Source: Selaginella moellendorffii (lineage: Eukaryota > Plantae > Lycopodiophyta). From it: DNA of 64,000 nt. Position 1 is the first letter of the stretch; every line of letters begins with the position of its first letter. Positions 1-12,669 of this stretch are shown piece by piece. Under the pieces are notes generated by a model. It ran no database searches, had not been told where the DNA came from, and saw only the letters and a list, made by a program, of their open reading frames with translations. Location: NCBI RefSeq assembly GCF_000143415.4, contig NW_003314362.1:310001-374000 (forward strand), given 5' to 3'. The position numbers and the translations under genes are program-made.

Positions 1-231
1 TCCCAAAGTTCATCGTCATTCTGGATGTGCTCTGGAACATGCATATACGTGTTCTCCGAGGGACAAAAGACTCTACGCAACTGCTTGGAGAAACGCCGAG
101 TGAGTTCAAGCGCCCCTTGTGCCTGAAACAAGCGAAGTAGAGCTCAAAGTGAGAAGAGAAAAAGTCACTTACGTCTAGATACTCGTCGTCAACACGCATC
201 CGCTTGGTCGATACCATCTGAGTCATTGCTT

Positions 232-745
232 GGAGGCTGGTTTCCGGTAGAGCCGGTGGAAGAGGAGTTTGGACGTGATTTATTCGAGGACCAGAGCCGA
301 ATCCTTGCTGCTCCCACGGCGTTGCTTGCCGGCTGGTTTCCTGTAGAGCCGGTGGAAGAGGAGTTTGGAAATGATTTGTTCGAGGGCCAGGGACATAGCC
401 GAATCCTTGCTGCTGCCACGGTGGGGGAGGAGGCTGGATGTCGGATCCATAGCCACTGCCCAGAACGAAACTTTGTTGCAACGGTGAGCGAGTAATACCA
501 CTGCCAACATAGCCGGGTCCGTAACAGCCATAGCCCTCACCGTCGCTTATCTGGCCTTGCTGCTGCCATGGTGGGAGAGTAGCTTGCCGAGGCAAGCCGG
601 ATCCACAGCCACTATCTTGTTGCAATGGAGGAACATAGCTAGGTCCATAACAGCCATAGCCCTCAACGTTGCCTATCTGGCCTTGCTGCTGCCATGGTGG
701 GAGAATAACTTGCTGAGGCAGGACGTCACCAGATCCATAGCCATG
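232..745. repeat. Two sets of short degenerate direct duplications (~95-100 bp and ~120 bp units)
   Basis: GGCTGGTTTCC.GTAGAGCCGGTGGAAGAGGAGTTTGGA occurs at ~235 and ~331. ACATAGC..GGTCC.TAACAGCCATAGCCCTCA...GCCATGGTGGGAGA occurs at ~507 and ~632. Confidence 0.7.
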
Positions 746-880
746 CAACGGTGGGCGAGTAGTTTGCTGCTGCTGGACGAAACTTGATTGAGCGCCGCCG
801 ACATAAGATCCAGGATTCATGGGTCAACCCTAATGTAAATCTCGTTTAAAATATTTTTTTTAAATGTGTTCCACCATTCT

Positions 881-3535
881 ATGGCATTGTTTCCAGCCAC
901 CGGTGGCATTTTGGAGCTAGAGCAGGCAGTGCAGGATCTTGAGCAGCACCAGCGCGATGCAAATCCTTCCACATACGCGCTTATGCTGGATTGGTGCGTC
1001 AGGTTGGGTGCTCTGGAAGCGGGCAAACGAATCCATCGCCATTCCGTGGAGTGTGGAATGGGCAAGAACAGGTTTGTGGAAAATCTCCTCATCAACATGT
1101 ATGGGAAGTGTGGTGCTCTGGAGGAGGCCCGGAAAATTCTTGACGGGATGGAGGATTCTAATGTTTTCTCCTGGACAATCATGCTCGCAGCTTATGCCCA
1201 GAATGGGTATCTCGACGATGGTCTTGAGTGCTTTTGCAAGATGGAGCTTGAGGGGGTGAGAGCCAACCGTGTGACAATCATCAGCGCACTGGGTTGTTGC
1301 AAGAGCTTCTCTCGAGGGCAGTGGTTTCATTCTCGGATCAAACAGGAGGGATTTTTTCCGGATGACGTGATGATCCAGAATGCTCTCGTCAGTCTCTACG
1401 GCCGATGCTGCGAGGTGGATCAAGCGAGATCTGTCTTTGATGAGATTTGTAACAAAGATTTGGTGTCCTGGACTGCCATGATCTCGGCTTTCGTCCAGAA
1501 CGGGCATCCGGATCGTGCGATGGTGTGCTTTTGGAGCATGCAAGCTGATGGGGTCAGGCCTTGCCGTGTGACTTTTATCACCATTCTCGAGGCTGTGATG
1601 GAGACGAGGGATGCGAGAGTTTGCGAGGAAATCCACCTCCAGATCATCGAGACCGGATTAGAGAAAGACGACAAGCTCCTCAACTTGCTCGTAAGATCTT
1701 ATGGAAAGTGTGGGGACATGGAAAAGATGAAAGAAAGTTTTGAAAAGCTGGACGAAAAAAACGTTGTCTCGTGGTCCGGAACGATAGCAGCGTTTTCTCA
1801 GAACGGATACTTCTGGGAGGCGATCAGGCAGCTCCAGAAAATGGATCTGGAAGGAGTCGAGGCGAACGAGGTAACTTTTGTTAGCATCTTGGATGCTTGT
1901 GCTTGGACTGATATTTCTTTTTCTTCTTTTGCTGCAGCAGGATCGAAGTTCATAATCACAATCACCGATCGCGTTCTAGGAAATGGTTTCCATCATCATC
2001 CGGTGGTGGCGACTGCGCTTGTCAACTTGTTTGGCAAGTTGGGAAGGCTAGACAGCGCAAAAAGAGTTTTTGATTTGTCTCACGCGAAGAGGGACGTTGT
2101 GTCCTGGAACTCGATGCTGTCTACGTGCTCCCAGAACGAGCAGGGAATTCAAGGCACTTGGGAGCTGTTTCAGCAGATGGATTTAGAAGGTTTCCAGCCG
2201 GATCGAGTAACTTTCGTCACGCTCCTCGACTGTTGCGCGAGTTTTGCAGATCTGAGACGGGGGAGACAAGTTCACCAGTGTGCCGTGGCGAGCGGAATGG
2301 ATTTGCTTCCCACTGTGGCGAACTGCGTCGTCAATATGTATGGTAAGTGTGATGATTTGGAGGAGGCAAGGAGAGTTTTCGAGAGCTTGAGTTACGGGCG
2401 AGACGTGGTTTCATGGAATGTAATGCTCTCCATTTACGTGCAGGCAGCAGGAGAAAACGATTCTAGTGCCAGCAAAGGTAGAGACGTGTTTGAGCTGCGA
2501 AGGAGAATGGATATGGAAGGAGTGAAGCCAAACGCTATAACTTTGATCAGCATGGTCGATGCTGCAGCTGTTTGGGAGGAAATTGAAGAAGGCGAGTTTC
2601 TTCGTTCCCGCATTATCGAATCTGGCTATGGCTCTAACGTTGCCGTGTGTAACAGCCTCGTCAACATGTATGGGAAGTGCCACAGCTTGGGAAACGCAAA
2701 GGAGGTGTTCTGGAGCATGGAAGAGAGAAAGAACGAGATTTCTTGGAGCTCTTTAGTGGCGGCCTATGCTCAAAACAATCAAGCAACCGAAGCTATGAAA
2801 CTCTTCCAACACATGGATTTGGAAGGCCTGAAGCCGGACAGGGTGACCTTGATCAGCGTCCTCGACGCTTGCGGGGACTTGAGAGCGTCAAAGCAAAGCT
2901 CGCAAATCCACGCTCGAGTTTTGGAAGCGGACCTGGAGCGTGACGTGGTTGTAGCGAATGCTCTCGTCAGCATGTATGGCAAGCTCGGGAGGCTCGAGCA
3001 AGCAACCGTGATCTTCGAAACAATGGGGGAGAAAAGCGTCATCTCGTGGAACACAATGGTGGTGGAGCTCGCTAAGGCCGGGCGCTGCGAATCGGCTCTG
3101 GAAGCTTTCCGGAGCATGTCACTTGAAGGATTGGAGCAAAGCAGCAGCGGCTTGGTGGCGGTGTTGTTTGCGTGCTCTCACGCTGGCCTGGTGGAACAAG
3201 GCAGGGAAATCTTCCTGTGTATGCTGGAGGACAGGCCTGGCGAAGATCCAATGCCGAGAGCCGAGCACTATGGCTGCATGGTGGATCTCTTGGGGCGATC
3301 GGGAAGGCTGGACAAGGCCGAGGAGCTCATCGAAAACATGCCATTTGTACCGGATTGTGTAGTATGGAACATGCTGCTCGCGTCGTCCAAGAGCTATGGA
3401 GATGTCGAGAGGGGCAAGCGCGCAGCCAACGAAGTTCTCGCCATCGCAAAATCCATGCGCGGGAAGAAGGGACTAAGCTCCACTAACGAGTCGCCTTATG
3501 TGGCACTGGCCAGTGTCCTGGAGGGAAAGCATTGA
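881..3535 (+). CDS. PLS-class pentatricopeptide repeat protein ending in a partial E domain, no DYW (organellar RNA-editing factor type)
   Basis: Intronless ORF (first ATG 881; the track starts at GTG 866). Repeated motifs LINMYGKCG..EEAR, VSWTAMISAFVQNG, PDRVTFVTLLDCC. C-terminal ACSHAGLVEQG, HYGCMVDLLGRSGRL, MPFVPDCVVW, SPYVAL. Confidence 0.93.
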   Translation: MALFPATGGILELEQAVQDLEQHQRDANPSTYALMLDWCVRLGALEAGKRIHRHSVECGMGKNRFVENLLINMYGKCGALEEARKILDGMEDSNVFSWTIMLAAYAQNGYLDDGLECFCKMELEGVRANRVTIISALGCCKSFSRGQWFHSRIKQEGFFPDDVMIQNALVSLYGRCCEVDQARSVFDEICNKDLVSWTAMISAFVQNGHPDRAMVCFWSMQADGVRPCRVTFITILEAVMETRDARVCEEIHLQIIETGLEKDDKLLNLLVRSYGKCGDMEKMKESFEKLDEKNVVSWSGTIAAFSQNGYFWEAIRQLQKMDLEGVEANEVTFVSILDACAWTDISFSSFAAAGSKFIITITDRVLGNGFHHHPVVATALVNLFGKLGRLDSAKRVFDLSHAKRDVVSWNSMLSTCSQNEQGIQGTWELFQQMDLEGFQPDRVTFVTLLDCCASFADLRRGRQVHQCAVASGMDLLPTVANCVVNMYGKCDDLEEARRVFESLSYGRDVVSWNVMLSIYVQAAGENDSSASKGRDVFELRRRMDMEGVKPNAITLISMVDAAAVWEEIEEGEFLRSRIIESGYGSNVAVCNSLVNMYGKCHSLGNAKEVFWSMEERKNEISWSSLVAAYAQNNQATEAMKLFQHMDLEGLKPDRVTLISVLDACGDLRASKQSSQIHARVLEADLERDVVVANALVSMYGKLGRLEQATVIFETMGEKSVISWNTMVVELAKAGRCESALEAFRSMSLEGLEQSSSGLVAVLFACSHAGLVEQGREIFLCMLEDRPGEDPMPRAEHYGCMVDLLGRSGRLDKAEELIENMPFVPDCVVWNMLLASSKSYGDVERGKRAANEVLAIAKSMRGKKGLSSTNESPYVALASVLEGKH

Positions 3536-3538
3536 CTA

Positions 3539-3612
3539 TGCTTTCACTGAGATTTGAACTCAGGACCTCCCGCTTACTAAACGGGTGCTCTGACCAGCTG
3601 AGCTATGAAAGC
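3539..3612 (-). tRNA. trnT-AGU: tRNA-Thr (anticodon AGT)
   Basis: Reverse complement GCTTTCATAGCTCAGCTGGTCAGAGCACCCGTTTAGTAAGCGGGAGGTCCTGAGTTCAAATCTCAGTGAAAGCA folds as a cloverleaf with anticodon arm CCCGT-TTAGTAA-GCGGG. TATAAA lies just upstream. Confidence 0.96.
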
Positions 3613-3896
3613 TTAACATTTATAACCATGATAAATGTCTTTAATAGAAAGTGGCCAGAGCAATCTCAAGCGTACGATCATTCATACAATATATTAGAAT
3701 ATGTTTCGATATTGACATACAATATCAGTCAAGACTCCCCGTAATTAATTTAAAATATTTCTACACAATTATAATAAAAAATTCTTAGAACTTACAAAAA
3801 CTAAAGATACAAGTTCGAATGGCTACAAGTCTCTTCCAAAAGCTTTTCACACTTGGGTCACAGTCATTTTAGACCACACCCAGTATAGTCCCGCTT

Positions 3897-6201
3897 TCAC
3901 CCTGAGACGAAGTCACACAACTTCGACCGTTTGGACCACTTTACACGAGGTGGTGGCAAGTTCCGCTTCCGCTCATGAGCTTCAGCCTCCAGGGCACTGG
4001 GGCCGAACTTCATCCTCCTCAAGAATTCGAGAGCAGATTCATCACCAAACAGGTCTGCAGCATTCTCTGCATCCAAGACGACGAAGCCTGTTTTTTTCCC
4101 TCCCGCATGCATCTCCCAGAAATAGCGACATTGATCTCCCTTCAACTGCGGCGGCATTACCAGGAGCCTTAACTGAATGCTCGAGAGCAACTTGTATGCT
4201 TCTGTATCCTCAGGAAAACCGGTATCGGTCGAGCTCAGTGAATTCTTAGGAAACTTGTGCTGCTCCAAGACGTGCATCACGTACACCTCTGTGTCTCCAT
4301 TCCCTTCATTGAATTTGTAGCGAATGCCTCGCACAGCATCAGCACCGGCAGTGTTGTCTCCTGAGATCCAAGTCGTGCAGAGTGGATCATCCCTTTCCAA
4401 GTCCACAAGAAAGACTTCTGGATCGTAGCCGTCGGCAGAAACAAATGCATCGGTCAAGCCTTTCACAACTTCACCTTTCCTAGCGGCCAACTCTTGAAAC
4501 CCTTGAGGGCAGCCGCTTGCCTGCAGCAGTGGTCTGAGAAGTGGCATGTCTGCCATTTTACCACCGAACTTCTCCCACATGCTCTCAAACGATAGAGCTA
4601 AGAAGTTCTGCAAGCACAACCCCTGGCCTGACGGATAAGGCACAGCAGCCGTTAGTCGCAGCCACTTTGATGGCAGGTAACTACTCGGGAGGAATCCCTT
4701 TGCCTGGTGTTGATCTTGAAAATAATTTCTGGCTGCTGCAAGAACCAAGTACTCGTCCACATGAACAATGCACCCCGCAGCTGTCCGCTCCAACCATCCC
4801 AGACCAGCCTCAACCAGTGCCACACATATGTCCTCGTTGTCCCTGAAAACGTAACCCCTTCCAGCACCGAAATACTGCACTACAGCCGCCTCAAGTTCCT
4901 GAATGAGATTCACTCCGTGGACAATGGCCTGTTTCTCTGCCAACCTCGACACCGCCCCGTAGGAAGTTTTCTTCGTCTCTGGCTGACTCCGCTTCGTTGT
5001 CAATCCCACCGTGACATAAGCGGTTGCCTCCCGCAGGCTCAAGTCCTTTAGGATCATGATTTCCAAAACACACGCCAGTGGTCGAAACCTTCCTTTAAAG
5101 ACTTTATACAGGGTCCGCAAGTCCGCTTCATCGTCTTCTGTTAGTCCTATAGCCTGTTCAGCGTAGTTAACCATCTCCTTAGCATTCTCCCAGATACCGA
5201 AGTTCACAAAGTCGGTATCCGCTATAAGCTTACCAGCACCAGTGCAGAGAAGATCCTGCTTGAAGTACAATGTGTACCCTGTGCCTGAGACTATGACTAC
5301 GTGCTTCAGAGCTGTATCCACTCTGCAGTGATTTTCCAGGCAGTTCGCAAAAGGCACGTACCCACCCCTCGAAGTCGACCAAAAGTAGCCATCCTCAAAC
5401 AATTTCATCGCTTCTTGGGCTTCGTCAAGAGCAATCGTTGGTATGGGCACCGGAGAGTTGAGTTGGTGTAACAGTGGCTCCAGCTGAGACCCTATCTGGT
5501 TCCGCGATAAACCACATAACTTCGTCACCACACCCCTGAAGAACTCGCAAAAAGGATCGCGCAGTAGAGCAACGCCGTCTTGCTGTGCTAAACCCCTGCA
5601 TGCGGCTTGCAAGAGCAGCCACTGACGCGGCATGATATTCTTGCTCTTGCAGTAGAGATAAATCTTCATTCTGCAGGCCAGTAACAGCGTCACGAACACT
5701 CTGGCGACGGTCTGGTTGAGGTCCAACTCCATAAGGCTCTCACCCTCAGGATTGCGATGGGCACGAATCAGAAAGCTCTCCAACATCCTGATTGAGAATT
5801 CGAGATCCTGAGATCCCCCGTTGAGGGCAGTGACGACGAAATAAAATCCATCTCTTTCCTGGAAAAACGGAGGGTCAGGTCATTGTGATACATATTTGCA
5901 TGCACTTAACACAGAGAAGATCATACAATGACCTTGTTTTCCCGCATCCTGAGACACCAGAAATGATCATGCATCGACGGCCTAGACTTTCGGCGTTCTC
6001 GAGCTGCTCTTTCAGCTGGGCACAGCAGGAATGCTCCGACTGACCTATCCGGAACAGCAGCATACTCGGTACCTTCATGTAGACAGGCATGCCATAATCA
6101 TCATCTACAGGGAGTGAAACTTGGCCTTCCAAGTACGCATCTAGAAAATCCTGGACTTCGTTTGGCAGCAGAAGTGCTTCGTCCCAATCCAGCTCTTCCA
6201 T
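3897..6201 (-). CDS. P-loop NTPase with probable C-terminal PD-(D/E)xK-like nuclease (Crinkler-associated/fungal-type NTPase-REase); 2 exons 6201-5911 and 5858-3897
   Basis: Walker A ISGVSGCGKTR in ORF 5875-6333. A 52-bp GT..AG intron (5910-5859) gives in-frame LC|ERDGFYF...GSQDL. Walker B IALDEAQ, VIVSGTG, KGRFRP. C-terminal GADAV...LEQHK resembles the (P)D...QxK nuclease motif. The start codon is uncertain. Confidence 0.72.
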
Positions 6202-6277
6202 TCCACCAACCCAAGGGCGTGCGCGCCCTAAAATGATGATTCTCGGAATATACCCTAGTTCGTGTTGCTGGATAGAA

Positions 6278-6810
6278 CCGGCCAAAGCTGTGCCTCGTCC
6301 AGCTGCTGCTGTTTGTTCGAGACGCTGCGGCAAGAAGTAGAAAGGCGAGGGGCACAGGATTGGTGCGTTGCAATTGCATTTTCAATTTGGAGGTGATTGT
6401 GGGAAACACAATGGGAAACACAATGGAAGGACACGATATTGCGGGAGTACAAGTTGCGGCAAAAGAGCAATGCTTTTGTTGATCATCGGTTTGGAGAGAA
6501 TGACGAAGAGATGAGCAAGGATGAGAAGGCAATTATGCTGTTTCAACGTGAAAGACTGGTGCATTTTTTTTATTGCTAGAAACTTAGTCTCTTGGTTGGT
6601 GTTCCGTAGTAGAGTAAGTTTGTATTGCCTGACACTGAGGAAGAAGAAGAAGAGATATTCTTACTCAGCTTTATAGATTTGGATGATTTTGAAGATGTTT
6701 CAGGGATGATGAAGACGACCTTCCTCAGGTTGCCTAAGTGCAAAATTTCAATTTCAGAGGTGGTTTCACAAAGGCTGATCCTGCAAGAGAGGTTAGATAC
6801 TTTCTACATT
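6278..6810 (+). pseudogene. Truncated, decayed 5' copy of NOP14 (exons 1-3)
   Basis: Colinear with the reverse complement of ~27980-28603 (TILREYKLRQKSNAFVDHRFGENDEEMSKDEKAI). Lacks the start codon, has indels, and homology ends after exon 3. Confidence 0.88.
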
Positions 6811-9800
6811 CAAGCTTTTAGATTTCTAATTTATAAGGAATTTTAGTGCTAAAGGTGAAATCAATATTGACCAAAAGAGGCTATGTATCAATTGTAATGT
6901 AATCAGCACTAGTCATGCTAAAAATTTTAAGTAATTTGTTACATGTTGGTGCATGCAACACTGCAATGCTGCATGGTTTGATTAATAGTAATACAAGATT
7001 ACTTTTATTGCATATCAACTGTGTTTAGGAAATTTTATACATTATAAACATGTTTGTAAATCTTAAATAAAAATTAGTCTAAATAAATAACAATATTAGA
7101 TGATACAATATCATAGAATATCAAAGTACTTTCTAGGTATATTCACTACCATTAGGTAAACCAAAAAAGGATGCCTGATAAAATAAATTTAGAATAAATT
7201 ATATATAAACAGTATTTAAATTGTCACTCATTTTGAGTCTTAAATTATATTAAATATTATGTATAAAATTTTAAAATGTTATGTGAGGTATAAAAATAAT
7301 CAATAATAAAATCCTAAAGAGTGTATTTTAAATTTAAATTTTTGTATATTGCATCCTTTAATTTATTTCAAAGTGGTTTAACTTAAATATAAATGAGAAT
7401 TTTATCCTTATATTTAACAAAAAGTGTTATGAACTCCCTCAAATTTTTGAACTCAGAATTTAAATATGCACAAATTATTCAAAGTGAGTGCATGGAATAT
7501 GGAAGTGGAATATAGAAAAATACATATTTTATTAGCCAAAAAACCCTAAGAGTGAGTGGTTTTGATTAAAATTAATCTAATGGCTACTAAAATCTCACTA
7601 TACTAATAATAATATACAACATTGTAGCCATAAATTTAAACTTTACATCACTTCCTCTCGGAAGAATAAAAGGTAGTTACAGATTTCTGGTTAATGGGCT
7701 GGGATACAAAGGGATTAGGAACAACTAGCACTATCTAGAAATTCTTTAGTGCCACCTAATATTCCTTTAGAAATTTCTTATAACACTTCCATTCTATTGA
7801 GCAAAGAGATATTGTAAGATTGGGAAAATGAATTAACACTAAATCATTTATTTTATACTTTGTAATTGGATGATAGTTAAAGTTATAGTCCCATTTGTAC
7901 ATGGCCCAAGTGTTTAGCAGACTTTGCTCAAACCAATGGAAGAATATTCATTTATTGATCCTAGGGCTTAGCATCAGTAGCTTGTAACAATCACAAAAGT
8001 AAACTCAATTCAGTTAGCAATATCAAATCATAATTATATAAAAGTTCATATGATGAAGTACTAAGGAAATTTTGTGCCTCTATAGCATACGCATACTGAA
8101 TATTACAAATAACTATCTTAATTTGGATATTGAAAGTTTATATATTTCACGATTATCCTTTTGAAAGCTAGAATAAGCCTTTCTATTAAATCATCCATTT
8201 ATGGATGATAAGCACTCTTGAAAGTGTATATCCCCAACCGAGATGGCAAAACATGAAATGCTCTAACCATAAATGCAAAACCATTATCTAAGGGAGAATT
8301 TGCTCTAAATAAAAATACTGAAACACCATTTGTTTAAGGAGGAAGTATCCAAAAGTAGTTGTAAATGCATTAATAAGAATATCAACTTCCACCTAGTGAG
8401 TCAAATAGTTGAAGATAATAATGATGTACTCATTGCTAGTAATTGACTATTCGATAGGTTTTATCAAATCAAATGCAAATGGGAAATTGCAATAACTCCA
8501 ATGTCCTTTTGCAACACGAAGGAGAATATTATGAGTTTAGCACCAAATACAACTACACATATACCAAATAACATTATATCACATCTTTAGTTGATAAAAA
8601 GCTTCTCAATCACATAATAATGTCTTATATGGTTGCTTAGAATATGAGAGTCATGATAAGCATGAAAAAAGTGTAGAATAAAAACCAAAGGCACCACTAT
8701 CCATAAATAATATTTAGGATTAATCCCCATAAAATAAAGAAGATTGTCTTTAAAGTGATATTATGAATAAAAATGCCAAAAAGGCAAACTATTAACAAGT
8801 AATGAAAAATTCTTAAACTTATTATAAAGCCTTTGGATTCATGGCTCAACTTTTTGAGCCTTATGAATTTTATCAAGAGAAGGTAAATTTTGTTTTACAC
8901 CTTGTAAATGTTAAATATCAAATATAACAACTATTGATGGTATGGAATCCTTGTCTAGAAAGTCTACTAATATTGGAATAATAGATTTGTCATAAACATG
9001 AGAAGAGAGCAAAAAATGGAAGGAGTTCAAGAAAGAGTATCAATATTAGCTATAAAACTCCTTAAAAAATGAAAAACTTCAAAATTATATATTTGAAGTT
9101 TCAAACCCTATTGAGTAGTACGATTAATTAAGTTCTTCCACTTTAATAATGAAGTAATTATATCATAATCACTTAATAATATATGAAAACCATACAAATA
9201 TGCATGAAGTTTCTCAAAACCCCAAACTGCTGCTAAACACTTTTTCTTTATTATGGAGTGGTTCATTTTTTCTAGTTACAATGTACAATTGATATATGCA
9301 ATAGAATGATATTGAGTAGGCTTGTTTGTATCAACTCTCGAGACCGATATAAGAAGCATTCACGCATAAAATGAAAGGTTAATTATAATTAAAAACACCA
9401 AGATTAGAGGAGTTGTCAATAGCTTTTTGAGATTTGTAAACACTTACCCATATTCCTTAAACTAGATGAAAACCAATGTTGACAACTTCAATAACATTTG
9501 CAATAGTTCAATACAATAAAAAACATGATCAATAAAAAAATTAAGATGTTACACTTTACTTAAGAAGTGCTATATATAATTTATGCATTTTAGAGTATGA
9601 AATTTTATAGTCATAAATTTGTCAGAATCAACTTGTAAATTTTCATACAAAATACAAGTACCCAAGATAAGTCATATCTTTAAACCCAAATATGCACTTT
9701 GACTATTTCAGCTTTAAACCAAGTTCTTGCAACTAATCCAACACTATATAAACATCATAAACATCCTATTTCAACTTTAAACCAAGTTCTTACAGCTAAT

Positions 9801-9889
9801 CTAACACTATACACACATCATAAACATAGTTCTACCACATCCCTTTTGAGTAGATCAAAACATCATTGATGAAGTTAATAATCACCTTT

Positions 9890-10452
9890 TGTAAGCTCTT
9901 GAGTTTGGACTTCTTGAGGGGTTACCTAACTCAATACTATTTAAACTTAAGGATGATTAATCCCAAGTATCCCAAAACCCTTAACTGATGGAAAAGGGGG
10001 TGCACTTTTGTTTATGGGCTCTTTCCTTTATATTGGATGATCTTTTGAGTCGTTCTCTTTGGTTACTTACAATCCACTATGCTTCCCTGCAAGTTCACGC
10101 CCTTGTGAACGGAAGTTGAGAGCTGTAACTCTCTCTCGAGCCCCGCTCTCTTGACACCCTACCCCTTGGGTTGAGCCTAGCCGGAGCAAACTGAACTTGC
10201 CAAATATCAATCAACATGTGATACGATTCCCCTAAGCCAACCAATAGAGTTAGACTTGAGACTCTTCTGATACCAAATGTAAGTTCTTAAGTTTGGACTT
10301 CCTAGGAGGTCACTTAGCTAAGTACTTTAGAATACTTAATCCTAAGTATCCCAAAACCCTTAACCAATTGGAAAAGGAGGTGCATTTTTGTTCATAGGTA
10401 TGCATTTTTGTTCATAGATAATCTTTCAAATCGTTCCCTTTGGTTGCTTACA
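9890..10452 (-). mobile_element. Old complete Cassandra TRIM (5S-containing LTRs 9890-10071 and 10278-10452)
   Basis: TG..CA LTR pair, tRNA-Met PBS (TGATACCA on + at ~10268), near-TSD CCTTT/CTTTT. Homologous to 61989-62639 with heavy C>T/G>A decay. Confidence 0.85.
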
Positions 10453-12669
10453 CTTTTGATATATCATAAAGAATCTTATCTAGAAAATGAAGTATTGTTC
10501 AAATTAAAAAACATCACTAAAGACTTATATAAGTCAAATAGTGTATAAAATTTTATTTTATGAACATTTCTTTTTGCCATTAGCATATGTTAGTACTCAA
10601 AAGTAAGATCTAATTTGGTGAATTAATGACTTTTTCCAAGACGATCTAAAAGATAAACAATGTGAGGAAGAAGATATATATCTAGGATACTCACCCCATT
10701 TAATGAACAATAGTCAATGTAAAATCAAATACTCTAGAACTCTGAGACTTTTATATAACACCCATCTTCAATATCGTCACATTTATGTGTAAACTTTTGA
10801 TCTCCTTTAGTGACAAACACTGAATAGGAACCTTGATTGAATAAACATCTTTAATTGAAATAAGATGATATATTGTAATGTTGGCCCCAAACAATAAGTC
10901 AAAGTTGAAGAGATTATAATACTTCTTGAGCTGGTCAACTACTATAACACAAAGACCATAAGAGGGATTTAAAGAAGGAATAAAGGAGCAAAATTAAAAT
11001 ACAATAGAAAGTAATATAGAGATAAAAGTGAGAAATAGAGATAAAAGTAAAAAGATAAAATAAATTAAAAATGAAAGGAATGGAAGAAAAATAAGGGGAG
11101 AAGCCTCAAAGTCACATTTGGCATGATTGCATTGTAACTAATTTATACCAAGGATAAGGTCAAAGCTTAACTTAACATAATTTACAATGCTTAAAGCTTA
11201 ATATCACCTATATGCATTAAATTCACCTTATTTTGCATATATACATGTGTATAGCCATTATTATAGAAAATAAAGATTAGCTTTACTACATGACATAACT
11301 ATAAATGGCAACATGTGGTAACAACCCAAGCGATAAAAGATAAACTTGAGCATATATTAACCAATATAGAGAATAATAAGAGACAACAACGAGTTTGGAA
11401 AATAAATATTACATGAATTGGTGGCAATTGAACCCCTTGATAGTACTCTTAAAAATTGGATAGAAGCACAAGGACCATTCACTACTCGTGTAACTCTTCG
11501 TTACCAATATAAATAACTAAAGACAACAACTTAAAAGATAGGTTCAAATATAAAGGGAAAAAGCCTATAAACAAAAATGCACTAGTTTTTCTAATCAATT
11601 AAGTGTTTTAAGATATTTAGGGTTAAACATTTATTATGTGATCTCTTGGGAAGTCCAGAAGATTAACTTATAATGGTTTAATTTGTTTTGGTTAGGTTTT
11701 GCCCAAGGGGTAGTGTATTAAAAGAGTTGTAGCTTTCAACTTTCATTCACAAAGGCATGAATTTGTAAAGAAGTGTGATGGATTAGAAGAGATAAAAAAG
11801 AATAACTTTAAAAACAAATATAAAGGGAAAGAACCTATAAATAATAATACACTTACAAGTAGAGTTGAAGTATATGTAGTGATAAGTGAGAGAGGTGATG
11901 CCTCATAATATTGTGTTAGTCGCAAAGCATCATCAAGTGTTGTTAGAGCAAAAGCATGCACAAGTCTCACAAGATTTTAATGAAATGTTAGTTACAACAT
12001 TCTTAACTTGATCCACTCCCACATATTTGGCTTAACATAAAGTAAGAGGCCAAACGCAAAAAAGCTCTAATATGCATAAATGGCTACATTCAACCATTAT
12101 ATCACTACAATACCATCCCTTAGAGACATGTGGGAAACTTAACAAAGATAACATTTTAAAAATGATTGAATTAATAATGCATATCATCCTTAAGATTCCT
12201 ATAGAAAAACTCAAGATTGGTAGCAAAAGTAGGAGGAATTGTACTATACTCTGTGAATACTGCCATCAATTCAATCTAATTGTACAACTACAATTACATA
12301 GTTGAACAATTACACCAATTATTACTCTAAAGTCAAAGAAGAAGGAGACTAACTTTGTCATGAAGATGAACAGAAAAAACAAAAACAAAATAAAAATAAT
12401 TGAAAAACTACAAGAAAAGAGAAATTTAGACAATATAAAAGCTATATTTAAACCAAAAGCATAAATCAAACACTCCCAAGCACAATCAAAGTTGTTTGTC
12501 ACCTCACATAAAATATAAAAATAAAAAATAAAAATATGCACCAAAAACCTTAACTTATATACAAGAGTGAAACTACGAAAATCCCACTATATTAATAATA
12601 GTATATAGCATTGTAGCCGCACACTTGGACCTCATAACACAATTTGAATAAATTAATATGATTCTGTAA

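Noticed and set aside
6830-12600. AT-rich tract possibly containing a decayed DNA transposase
   Set aside because: No ORF or motif could be read reliably; only the Cassandra copy is supportable.
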